A stretch of 63,199 nt of DNA, filler included, from Choristocarpus tenellus KU-1152 (Eukaryota; Protista; Phaeophyceae): assembly GCA_964200185.2 (NCBI GenBank). It is 8 parts of 8 records of this genome, joined end to end, with 100 filler letters (N's around TTAATTAATTAA, not from the genome) between each part and the next. Parts side by side here need not be neighbours in the genome. Positions count along the whole stretch, not along the records: positions 40,064 to 49,482 come from CAXNAD020003686.1; positions 49,583 to 54,757 come from CAXNAD020011610.1; 6 more parts are not named here. One strand, given 5' to 3'. The translations under genes were made by a program, and so were the position numbers. A model generated the notes under the pieces. It ran no database searches, was not told the origin of the DNA, and saw nothing but the letters and a program-made list of their open reading frames with translations. Positions within the stretch are counted from its first letter, which is position 1; each line of letters begins with the position of its first letter. Positions 40,561-52,025 of the stretch are shown here, piece by piece.

Positions 40561-43500
40561 CCCCAGCCTGAGAATATCACCAACATTGGGGCTAATACCT
40601 TGGTGACCCCAGCTGGTCCTGTCAATGTTTCCCATGAAGGGGAAACAAAGAGTGGCATGGAGACGTCGATGGTGCTAATGGAGCAAAAAATCTGGACCCT
40701 CTTGAAAGACCCAGTGTACCTGAGCAAGAGTGGGCAACTCGAATTGACAAGTAGTTCATGCCCTAGTCCTACACCTCCTCCTGCTCCTCCCCCAGTCAAC
40801 TGCATTCTTCCCGGTACGCTCAGAAGTGAACTGGTCACCCTGGAATCTCCTCCCACTAGTCACCCTGGTTCAGATATTCAACGGAACCTGGGTAGTAAGG
40901 AAGCGGCACGAAGTCGACTCAAGACCCAAACGATCCAACAAGACAGCAATCCAGAAAGAAGTGTTGTTACACCCAGAAGCCAAGGTCATGAAAGGGGTGA
41001 CGAAGAAAGGAGTGACAGTGGGCGTCAGGGTAGGAGCCACACTGGAGATGTGAGAAAGGATGTAGAATCTGGTGAAGGAAGTCAGGGGTTCACAAGGGGA
41101 AGGAAGGGGTTGGTGGCTAGAGCATCGGTTGAGGGGATGTGGGGTGAAGGGGGACGGAGAGGAAGGGTTGGAAAAGTGAATGAGATTTCTTGTACAGCTA
41201 GGACCAATACTGAATCACGGGCTGGGAAAGGGTTGACAGTCACAAACGACAGAGGCAAGTACCATAGTGCCTTCCCCTCTTTTGCAGCTATCTTGTCATC
41301 ATATCATGTAGGACGATCCTTGACAAGACCTTGCGATGGGCGGTCATTGCCTCTCAGGACTGGGGTTAGGGATAGGGGAGGGTTGACAGCTGCAGAGGAG
41401 AGGTTGTGCCTTCACTCCCAGTGGAAACTCTACACTGTCTACAAGCGGGTCATCAAGGTGAGTGATTTCACTCGCTCCTCCACCCACTGCAAAAGAGGCT
41501 GGCCAACCCAGAAGGAAACAAAGGTGGCATTCAGGAGTGCCACATTCCTTGGATCATTAAGATGTGTAATGCGCCTTAAAAGTACCCCACCCTCATCTCA
41601 TACAGCAGTCAAGGATCCAACCAATGTCATATGTCCTTCCTCAGTGGTCCAATTTCATCTTGTGATGTGCCTTCTCTTTCTAGTGGAGCTTATGTAGCAT
41701 TGACAGCGATCTCTCTGCTGTGTATAATAGCAAGACATAAAATAACCTACATGCGGATGTCACCCCAGGACTATGCAGCTGTGTTTTCCTTCGGTGATGA
41801 CTGGGACGATGTTGGGGAGGCAGAGGAGAACCCAAGTTCTCTTGTCTACAGGTGTGACCAACAAATTCAGCCTCACATTCTAACCTCAGTAACCATCCAC
41901 TCTACCATTATTCATGAGAACTTTGCCCACTTTCTTGGAAAATACCGTTACTACTTCTTCCAGCTAGCACTCTCCAGCTCTGAGAAAAATAATGGCATAT
42001 CCCTCCCCATACCCTTACACTCCCTCTGTCGAACATGTCTGGGCCCTCAAGGTTTATGTTGATATAATTTTAAATGGGAGATTCAGAAATAATTAATAGT
42101 TTCGTTGAAAAGTCAACAACTTCGGATTGCGCACAAATGTCTTCAAAAAGTGTTTTCATTTCGATATGGTTGAGAAAGACGTCCCTCAACACAAACGTTT
42201 TTTTCGGATATGGCAGATTTAGGAAAACAGCAAAAACGACCAAAAATAGCTGGAAATGATGGTTTATCGGACATAACGTCTTGATAACACCACTGATGAA
42301 GACACGATTACTTGTGTTATATTCCTTGGTGTTTTTTGTATTGAAAAAATTACTCATCACTCCCATTCTCTCCCTCAATCCACCAAGTTGTGGCTGCATT
42401 GTAGGCGTCTCTGCCAATGAGGATCAAGTGATCCAGAACGCCCTCAGAAGAAAATGAGAGTGAAGAGGGTACTTAATTTAATGCAATAAAAACCAACGAA
42501 TCCAACGTAAGCAACTGCGTCTTCATCAGAGGTCTTGTTAAGAAGTTACGGTCGATTAATCATCATTTCCATCCATTTCATTTTTGGTCGGTTTGCTGTT
42601 TTTGCTAAATCTGCCATTTCCGAAAAAAAAAAAAACATGTTTGTGTTCAGGGACCAGTTTCTCAAACATTTCGAAAATATTTTTTTTTTGAAGATATCGA
42701 TGCACAATGTGAAGTTGTTGGCTTTTCAACGATAGTATTCGTAGTTTCTGAATCTCACATTTGAAAAAAGTTATTCACAAAAAACCTTGACAGACCAGAC
42801 TTCTGGGACAGAGGGAGTACTTGGAAGTAGCACAATCTATGTGTTTTGAGTGTTTTCATGGTTCAAGCACACTCCATTTCTTTTTCCCCTTTCACCAATC
42901 TTCTCAATCCTCCTGTCAGGGTTTCTCACATCCCAATCACTCTTCTTGATGACTCTCCCTCTCTATTTCTTACAATAATTCTCATCCATGCCTGAGAAGC
43001 GGTGACACTGCAGCCCTCCACTTTCGGGTAAATGCCAAAGCCCGACCGGAGGTATATAACATTGTTTCAGATGTTCTCAACAATCGGTGAGTTTGTATCC
43101 AATAGCGACCAAATATATTCCTCCTGCATTAGATTAGTCCATCCATCACATGCAGCATTCATTTTTATAATAGACTACGTATGCGCTTGTGTTTTGCATT
43201 TGCTGGTTTTTATTATTGGTTCGGAAAAATATCTGGCAAACAATATACAGAATGGATTGGCTAACTTCATTTTTGGGTCACGTTTTTTGGAGTTAACTTT
43301 ACTTTCTTTCCTCAACATTTTTTTGGGTTTGGCTGGAATGCCCAGAAGGGTGCCTGATTAACAGACGCCTTTGCAGGTTTGAATCATGTATCTTCTGTAG
43401 GTTCTCTTATCTTCATGGGAGCAGCATTATTTTTTTCATTTCTTGTATTTTATACTTTATAATTTGACAAAAAATATCCTCAAAATCAGTTTTTTTATTT

Positions 43501-46500
43501 ATTATATAGGAGAGCGTTTGGGTGTGAAACTCTAATTTGTTGTCACTTTTTGTTGTGCTTATCCTTTTGGGCTTCAAAATTCCAACCCCTTAAGTGGTGG
43601 ACAAACCAAGCATAACACAGTCTTATCTTCACGCTACCACTTGGGCTGCAGGTTCTGTGAGTCATGAGTGTCTACCCAATGCAATAATGCAGGGCAAAAG
43701 ACTTCTGTCATAATTACAACCCAGAAGAATAGCATTCCCCAAGAACACAACATAGCACAATTAATCAGCCTGCTACCAGTGATACAACCATTAACTTCTC
43801 TTTTCCCATCTATGATTCCTGCGCCCAACGTCTCCGATCCATGGTTGATTCCTACATGTACATTACCCCATCTAGTTGTAAGGAGTGGGAAGAACTGCCG
43901 ACAGGTTTAGGGCTAAAAACAACATGGAACTTGCTGTGGACCTGGTCGAAGCCTCATATCCAGTACAGCAGTCTACTTGTTTGGCAAAAGGTTTGTACCT
44001 TTATTTTTTTGTCACCGCAGCTTACAGAGGCTGCTCGTCGCAATCACTCCACATACCGCCGATACATGCGCATGTTTGATCCCTGCTCTCACTTAGCATG
44101 AGCAGTGCATTATTCATCGTTGACAACACTTGAGTCAGCAGGCGTAACATTTCATCTTCTGGGCTTATTGCAACTAACAACTAACTTACCACCCAACTCT
44201 GTTTCTTGACAGGTCAATCACTTTCCCAATTCCCGAGAGCTTACAAGGAAGGACCGCCTCAGCAAACACATTTCTAGGTCAGAAGACGGATAAACCCTCG
44301 TTGGACAGGCTGCCAAGCCATTGCTAGAGGGTTGTCAATTTATCCGTATGACCAAGACTAGTCACTGTTTATTGTAGCGCTGTCTTTTCTAGTGTTGTGG
44401 TTCAAGTGAACTCGAAATTGCTCGCACAAGGACTGCAAAATGAAATGTTGTACTTCATTAATCCACAACTCTCAGGTCTGTTACGAAGATCCATGTATTT
44501 GTGTGTGTGTGTCAATCTGCCTGTCTGCCTGCCTGCCTGCCTGCCTGAGGAAAGGGGGGCTTTGCTACCATCACCAGTTTGTGTCTGCACCATTTTGTAC
44601 TTAGCAACTGTGAACTGTGACATTACAGTCCCACCTGGAGCTTATCATTCCAAGGCTCAAAGTATCTGGCGGGGGAGGGGAGGTTCTGCACCAGGGTGTC
44701 CATTCAAACGCTGACCAGGAGAAGTGCACTTAAGTTATCCATCCGACACATGCAACCAAAATTCTCCAAAAACTGCGACATGGAAAAATGAACCCTGAAT
44801 GAACAGTCTCCACCCCACCCAGATACTTGAGTCCAAGCTGTTCTTTATGTGTGATTTTGTGCTTCCACCTCAGGTTCATGGCCCATGGAAGTCAATTAGC
44901 AAAGGAATTCCATGTGATGCCAGAAACGTTTACACTCCCCCACGAGTTTACACAGTTTGTGGCGGCCTTCACTTCCTCTACTGCTGGTGGGTAGCGGTAT
45001 TTGTAGCTCAAAAATTTATTTCTTAGATGACCACGAGTGCACATGTTCCCTCACAATGACTATACCATAACGTGAAAGTACCTTAGAGGGTACGAGTTTT
45101 CCCCTGTTTGTCCGTTTGGGACTTGACTTCCCATATTTCTTTTAATGACATTTTCCTGCACCAAAATGTTTCGGAGTAGTTTAAAATGTATATGTCATGA
45201 AGAGGTGTGTCCAGAACAAGGAAATTGATACTTCAAAAAAAAACACGATTGCCAAAATTACATCAGAATCGCAACATTGGATTTTGACCCCACAAATGGG
45301 CGCGACTCTGCCCTCTAAGGTACCTTGGCTCACACTTCATTTGAAGTGTAGTTCTTACTCAAACCACGTTTTGTGCTATACTGTAGAGAGGTGTATGCCC
45401 CTCAAAAAATGAGAGCGAATAACATCAGCACTAAAAAAACATTTGGTATTGTGTAATCTCTTACAATTTTTCAATTCTATCTTTGCACTCTGCCCCTCAG
45501 TTGTAGCACTTTCATACGTCAGCAATTACTCAATATGGCCAGTATTGTGGTAGACCGCCTCCAAAGTCACCCCAATATCCAACACTGTACCATATGACAT
45601 GACCACCTCGGAGACAGACATACATGGCTCTGTTGAATGTAAACAATCCAGCTTGACAGCCTTGCTTGAAGCCAATTTCCGATCAGGTGGGTGGAGCCAA
45701 TGAGGTTAAGCAAGAACCCTTTATTTGCATACCCATTCCCTAGGACAACCCTGAAAACGCTGCTAATAAGACCATAGCACCCCTCTGAAATTTGCAACCA
45801 CAATCATCTTACCTCAATCAACCTAAGGGCCGTCAGTCCTGGGTATGGGTATGGAGGAGCATAGCGCCCAGGATAGCAGTGAAGGATCGATGGGCAGGAA
45901 GCATGTGGTGCAAGAGGACAATGTAAATGAGGATAATGGTGATAGCAGTGAAAAAGAAGAGACTCAAGGGGGTTTTGCCGAGGGAACCGGTAGTTGCAGA
46001 TGGAATGACAAGGGCCTAGGAAGAGGTTCAAGAAAAGACGAGCAGGGTCTATGGATTATGAAACCTGTGGGGATGTCTAGAGGAAGAGGAATACGCCTGA
46101 TTGACGACATCAGCTCTATCAGTTACTCTGACAAGGTACGAAAATATGAAAGATCTCATCCGTGTGTAATGAATGTGTTGTCACTTTGATAAGTTCTCTA
46201 TGGCCACCCTTTAGACCACTGCCCAACCTCCCTATACTATAACAACAAATTGGTTGTGAAAGTAGTGTCTTACCCTTCAGGTAGATAAGGAACTGTGGTT
46301 ATTAACTATGATAGTTTGACCTCTGCATCGCCAAACGAAGAGATAGCATGGTTATGTGCAACAGTGGCATGCGCTCACAATGTATTGCTGCTGCCAATAT
46401 GTTGCTTTGTGTGAGCACATGTAACAGTACATGACAAAAGCTATCCTGACTCCCAAGTCCTTTTGATCTCCTCTTTGAATATGTCTTTGCAATCAACACA

Positions 46501-47067
46501 TATATGCATCCACTTGACTCCCTTTCATCAAATGCCCACCTGCTCTCCGCCAAGGACCCTCTCATCCCCGCTATTCCTCTTATTCTTTCGTGTCTCTCAC
46601 TCTTCCCATTCCAGAAGCAACACATACTTCTGGCCTTTTCCAACTCCTGCTGTCAGTTTGTGTCCTCTCACTTCACAAATATATCATATCTTTAACCCTT
46701 CTACTAATCAGGTGGTAGTCCAAAGATACCTCCACAATCCGCTTCTCCTGGACGGATATAAGTTCGACCTGCGTCTGTACGTCCTGGTTAGCTCCTTCAA
46801 TAGGTGGGTTCAGGGTTTGGTTTAGGAAAATCGATGTCGTTTTGTGGACTAAGGGAGTGGTACGCGGAAATAGTGAGAAAATTGAAGACACGACTGAAAA
46901 GGACACCTCTTTTCCCTCTTCTGCATGTCTGTACCCCTTCAAACGTGTCCAATGGTCGAGACAAGACTCGAGGCATTCATCTACAGGGAAGGCTTTGCCC
47001 GGCTAAGCACACACCGCTACAAGAAGGGGGACATTGACAATCGCTTCATTCATCTGACAAACAGCAG
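40561..47067 (+). CDS. Tubulin-tyrosine ligase-like (TTLL) tubulin polyglutamylase, partial
   Basis: Exons 40561-41457, 41769-41851, 43000-43086, 43876-43990, 44213-44277, 44874-44986, 45828-46135, 46712-46803 and 46966-47067, phase-compatible. Motifs WNLLW, KVNHFPNSRELTRKDRL, PETFTLP, WIMKP..MSRGRGI, VQRYLHNPLLLDGYKFDLRLYVLV and HLTNS. Confidence 0.93.
42020..42817. mobile_element. Stowaway-like (Tc1/mariner) foldback MITE, about 800 bp
   Basis: Termini CTCCCTCTGTC ... GACAGAGGGAG, followed by TA on the right (CA on the left). The two halves are imperfect inverted copies over most of their length. Confidence 0.85.
43195..43490 (+). pseudogene. cox1: Decayed cytochrome c oxidase subunit I (cox1/coxA) C-terminal fragment in a TTLL intron
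   Basis: Reads [69 protein letters not shown]...LVFYTL with stops and frameshifts. Markedly T-rich compared with its flanks. Confidence 0.92.
44654..44833 (+). mobile_element. MITE family B
   Basis: Full copy. 3-bp TSD CAA. Confidence 0.9.
45070..45331 (+). mobile_element. MITE family A (diverged)
   Basis: Full-length body with degenerate TIRs. Confidence 0.88.
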
Positions 47068-47299
47068 GCAAGGGCAATGGTGCATCCAGGAGAGGGGCTG
47101 ACCAATGGAAAGATATTTGCCATGACCACGGACAGAGTAGTCCTACTCCATCAGAGTGTATTTGAATCTTTGGCACAAAGGTACTCAGAGGAGACAGGAG
47201 TACGATTCTTGCCCACCCTCCTCAAACTCCCATGTTTTTTGCTCTTATCTTGTGGAGAGGGGGAATAGTGCGGTGAAGCTCAGGACGAAACAACTAGCT

Positions 47300-47557
47300 G
47301 AGTGAAAGTATCTTAGAGGGTACGAATTTTGCCCTGTTTGTCCATTTGGGACTTGGCTTCCCACAGGTGTTTTATGACATTTTCCTACTCCGATACGTTT
47401 CGGAGTAGGTAAAATTTGCACGTTATGAAAAGGTGTGTCCGGAACAAGGATATTGACACTTCCTCAAAAACATGATAGTCAAAATTACATCAAAATCGCA
47501 ACATTGGAATTTGACCCCGAAATGGACGCGGCTCTACCCTCTAAGATACTTTGGCTC
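47300..47557 (+). mobile_element. MITE family A
   Basis: Full copy. No clear TSD. Confidence 0.92.
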
Positions 47558-48072
47558 AACATTTTTCGGATTCTAGAACAGATCAGGCGGTGTGTCGGTT
47601 GTCAAATGTCTTGAAAGAGTGAACATTGATTTAGCCAACTCATCTGCTTTTCTTGGGTGATTTGTTGACATTCCAGAGTCACAATGGTCAGCAAGAGATA
47701 GGAATATTTGAGCAGGGCACCGGTTATACAACCCATGCATTGCACTCCAAATACTACCTACTCAACCCTGTGTGGAAATATGCAATGCATTCAACAGGCT
47801 GAGCAATATCACACCTCAGTTATCGCCAATGATTTGCCATTTTTCCTACCACCAAATTTCTGCAGGTATTGAATTCAGTTACAACTCATGCAATTGGGTG
47901 GGTGTGTACCTCACTCCCACAGAGCCTAGCCCACTTCCATAACAATTCATGCAGTGCAAGCCTGACGCAATAAATGCACCTGAGAAATGACCCATGGTAT
48001 CCTAGAGGGGGAGGCAGGCATCCATTGGGTACCTATGCGACCCTGTAGTGACTTCCATGTCATCTGAGTAAA

Positions 48073-48574
48073 GAGTGAGAGTATCCTAGAGGGTACGAGT
48101 TTTGCCCTGTTTGTCCGTTTAGGGCTCGGCTTCCCATGAGTCTTTTCTATGACATTTTCCTACTCGAAATCGTTTCGGAGTAGGTAAAATGTATACCTTA
48201 AGAAACGTGTGTCCGGAAAAAGGATATTGACACTTCCTAACAAACAAGATTGGACTCAAAGTATCGAGGGGGGGTGGCGGCTGTCCATTTGGGACCAATT
48301 TTATCATGTCAGATTTTTTGGGTGATTTGGTTCCATACGTTGGATGCATAATGAAAGTGCACTTTTCCTGGTTTTGGACCAAATGGACACTCTGGTGTAG
48401 ATCTCGCCGCTCCCCCCACCACTAAAAATAAANNNNNNNNNNAATGGAACCTTTGTTTTAGATCCCCCCCCCCCCCCAGATACTTTGGGTCATTGCCAAA
48501 GTTTCATCAAAATCGCAATCTTGGATTTTGGCCCCCAAATGGTCGCGGCTCAACCCTCTAAGATACTTTGGGTC
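48073..48574 (+). mobile_element. MITE family A interrupted by a family B insertion
   Basis: Outer TSD TAAA. The family A body resumes at 48492 after the nested element. Confidence 0.9.
48253..48491 (-). mobile_element. MITE family B nested in family A
   Basis: 4-bp TSD ATTG duplicated from the family A body. Contains a 10-N gap. Confidence 0.9.
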
Positions 48575-48972
48575 TAAACGTCTCATATACAAGGGCAATT
48601 TTCTTCATCTGAACACACCTTCCTTTGTCATCTCCTTGCCTGAACCAAGTTCTATGGAAAATCACCCCCGCAAAACAGGTATCAAACTGGGGTATCTTAG
48701 AACACCCAATCAAGCCCAGGATGGACAACATGGGCTAAACATACTCTCCCCTAGTATACTTTGTCCCGATTGATGGGAGAGAGTCTTCTTTTCTTCATTT
48801 TGCTCTATGATACTTGGTAGAATTGAAGGAATGTGCAGAAATAGTAACTTCTGTGTCTCCCTTGAATGATTAGATGGTTGCAGAAACCCATGGATTTCTG
48901 GCACCCTGAAGGGTGCCTCCTCTGATTACAAACATCTGATGCCTTTGCATTTCCCTCTAGAAGTGTTTAACT

Positions 48973-49233
48973 GAGTGAAATGATCTTAGAGGGTATGAGT
49001 TTTGCCCGTTTGTCCATCTGGGGCTTGACTTCCCATGGGTTCTTTTGTGACATTTGCCTACTCCAAAATGTGTAGGAGTAGGTAAAGTGTGTATGTTATG
49101 AAAAAGTATGTCAGGAAGGAACAATGATATTGGCACTTCCTAACAAACGTGATAGCCAAAATTACATCAAAATCGCAACATTGAACTTTGGCCCCAAATG
49201 GACGAGGCTCTACCCTCTAAGATACTTTGGCTC
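48973..49233 (+). mobile_element. MITE family A
   Basis: Full copy. 4-bp TSD AACT. Confidence 0.92.
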
Positions 49234-49258
49234 AACTTCTGAGTCACAGAATGATCTT

Positions 49259-49306
49259 GAGCCAAATTATCTTAGAGGGTAGAGCCGCGTCCATTTGGGA
49301 GCCACA
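49259..49306 (-). mobile_element. MITE family A end, interrupted by family B
   Basis: GAGCCAAATTATCTTAGAGGGTAGAGCCGCGTCCATTTGGG, then a family B TIR. Confidence 0.85.
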
Positions 49307-49470
49307 GGCTCAAAGTATCTGGGGGGGGGAGGCGACTGTCCGTTTGGGTTCAATTTTTCATGTCGCATTTTTTGGGTGATTTGGTTGCATACGTTGGATG
49401 GATAATGTAATTTCACATTTCCTGGTTTAGACCCAAATGGACACCTTGGTGTAGTTCCCCCCCCCCCCCA
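49307..49470 (-). mobile_element. MITE family B, truncated near gap
   Basis: Reversed body inserted into a family A end. Confidence 0.88.
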
Positions 49471-50566
49471 CAATGGTTGTGTNNNNNNNNNNNNNNNNNN
49501 NNNNNNNNNNNNNNNNNNNNNNNNNNTTAATTAATTAANNNNNNNNNNNNNNNNNNNNNNNNNNNNNNNNNNNNNNNNNNNNGGCGGGGTCGACTGCATC
49601 CCATTCAACATACTCGGAGTTCCATCTCGGCTCTCGGGGCCGCTACAGCACGGAGAAAAAAGAAGAAGAAGAAGAAGAATTGAATAAAAAAAACAGATCA
49701 AAATGATACACGCCAAAATTAGATCACAACTAGGGCGTCGTCTGATTCCGTATCCCCTACTCCGGAGTACGAAGTTAATGTTCCAGCGCCCACGGCGGAC
49801 TCTTCAGCCCGTTGTTTTATTGTTTTGTTTTGTTTTGTTTCACAAACAACAAAGGGAGTTGCAATTTTGGGGCGGGCGGGTCCGGCACGTATAGCTTGAT
49901 ACACCCTCATTCTAGTCTTTAGGTATGAGAACGAAGTCTCCGCAGAAGGTAAGGTATGAGAAGAAAGACCTACCGCGGTATGATGCCGTAACTTGCTTGT
50001 CTGAGGCATAGGGTGTGGCAGTACACAATGACAAGCGCACTTAAGAGCAGGGTAAACAAGGAAGACTTGTGTCGCATTAGAAAAGCGTCACCCCGATTGT
50101 GCATCTCAACAGCAACGCAAGAACGTACTCAAGGGATTTTACCCCTGTCAGATATGCCTGAGTAGAAGAAGCATGGGCAAAGTACAGGTGCCATATCGCT
50201 GACCCCATTGACAGGCAAGCCAGTGCCTCATAAAATTGCAATTCAACCTCATAAATGAACTAAGAACACTAAGAACAATCTAATGGAAACAGGATGCGAC
50301 TTTCAAATTTTATTATGGGATTGCCTACCATTGAACGGCACTGTACCCCCACAACCCCCCGGCCTGCTGTGGCTCAAGACCCCTCCCCATCCTCACTCCT
50401 GACGATCAACACGCTTTTTGCTCGTCACGCACAAGGACCCACATGGACGAATTTCCCCTGACACATGTAACAGAAAGCCATAAGACTTACACAACACAAC
50501 ACCATCAACAACTGACCTAAGAGCATTCAGATAATCAAACCAACAGAGAACAGAGCACCCGCCCAC

Positions 50567-51826
50567 CTGTCATCTTTCCCCCTCTCTCGGAAACCAGGAG
50601 CAGCAGATCCAACACCCCGACTCTTTGCCAATGCTGAGTCCTCCCTAGTTTTTCGTCCCTGAACTGCCGGCACAAGAAGCGTACTGTATCGCTGGCACCA
50701 GGTCTTGAAAAACACCTCCAAAGATGACATACCGGCTAACTGTAGCTCCCTTGCTACCTCTCCCCCTTGGGAAAGCACACACACGTTAGAATGTCCCTCC
50801 TTCAAGTTCTTTTTCATACTATTCACCCTCGACGCTTCCCTAATCACTTGGGTGGGCATCCGTGGCATCTGCAATTGTGCTGGCACATCGAGTTCCCGGC
50901 TTGTGCTACGCTGGGCGAGGAGTTCGATTCTTCGTGAAAGGAGTCGGGAAAAGGAGAGGGGTTTACAGCCTTGTCCAGATTGCATGGCCACTTTAGCGGC
51001 ACGCGTGTTGTCGATTCGATCATCGCCCACCGTGTCTTCCCCGAGGGACATCGAAAGCATCAGCAGGTCCTCAACGAGACGTAAGCGCCGGGCATTCAGG
51101 AATGCCTACATGGCACAGAGAGCAAAGCAATGATGAACGGATTAGGCAGACTTGGCGATTGTTATCGGCATCAGGTTGGGTATGGTCGCGCACTGTCAAC
51201 ACCCTTTAAGGAGGCCATATTCCATAAAAGACCTCAGTAGTAGAGGCAGCAATAAGATGTGTGACATGGACCGTGTGTCGGAGATTGGATTGAGATAATT
51301 TCCGCTTACCAGAAGAACTGAACAAAAAATGTTCAACTTTCTCCCAACTCCATCACCTGCATTGTCTCGAGTTCAAGACCACGACCATCGACAGTATTAT
51401 CTTCGAAGGCAGTTCGGAGAGATTCTAGCAAAGGAATACCAATTCCTCCTTGTAGCCAGTCGTCTCCCCCGTCATGGAGTCTATAGTTGTTGCTGGAATA
51501 ATCGTTCAGACATCAGTTATCAGACGCGAGAGGGCGAGAGCGTAGATTAAGGGGGCTATGCCGAGTATTGTAGATCGACATAGGGGACCAGAGTGCCAGA
51601 AGATTATTCCTCGAGTTATATAGAAGACTATCTGTCCATAGATGGACGCTGTAGAGTAAGCAATCCTTAAGCACGAGTTGGTACTTATAAGGGAAAGGTT
51701 TTTCTTGTTGTCGCTTGCGAATAAAATCGAAGCAGCATGGAGTTTCTGGCCGTCAAAAGAGACCACTGATCCTGGGCCAGACCTTTCACATTCCAGAGAA
51801 TCTTCCGTCAATGGAGTCCACTGCAT
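50567..51826 (-). CDS. Hypothetical protein, 5' exons
   Basis: ATG at 51826. Exons 51826-51685 (phase 1), 51356-51310 and 51105-50567 (539-nt open exon) join in frame with GT-AG. No family recognised. Further exons are likely towards 50100. Confidence 0.55.
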
Positions 51827-52025
51827 CTCAGCCTCCACGCAAAACATACTAGATTGTATGTAACTCTGGATTATCTGTTGATGTAGATGAGGGTTGTGTT
51901 GGTTGTGTTTAAATTTCGCTACGGGGCAAATTCATAGCGCTACAGGGGATGTAGGTATAGTATACAACACAACTCATCTTGTCCGTAGGCGCCATCTTTG
52001 CCTCTCCACCTCTCCGCTTGTCTAT
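51827..52025. promoter_or_regulatory. Putative compact bidirectional promoter (orphan / lipoate ligase)
   Basis: 199 bp between divergent predicted start codons. Confidence 0.45.

Noticed and set aside
43032-43361. ORF ending in [13 protein letters not shown] as a functional Cox1
   Set aside because: Chimeric reading across a TTLL exon in another frame, intron sequence and a frameshifted pseudogene.
43550-43595. Possible cox2 start after the cox1 fragment
   Set aside because: Similarity is too short and frameshifted to support.
424-47067. Apparent cluster of cilium/microtubule genes (FAM184-like, WDR35, TTLL)
   Set aside because: They lie on different contigs joined by artificial spacers, so there is no evidence of linkage.
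2646-49473. Recurrent short ORFs sharing peptides such as KYLRG, PRYFEP, FVRKCQYP and TKSPKNRDMKK
   Set aside because: Chance translations of MITE families A and B in varying frames.
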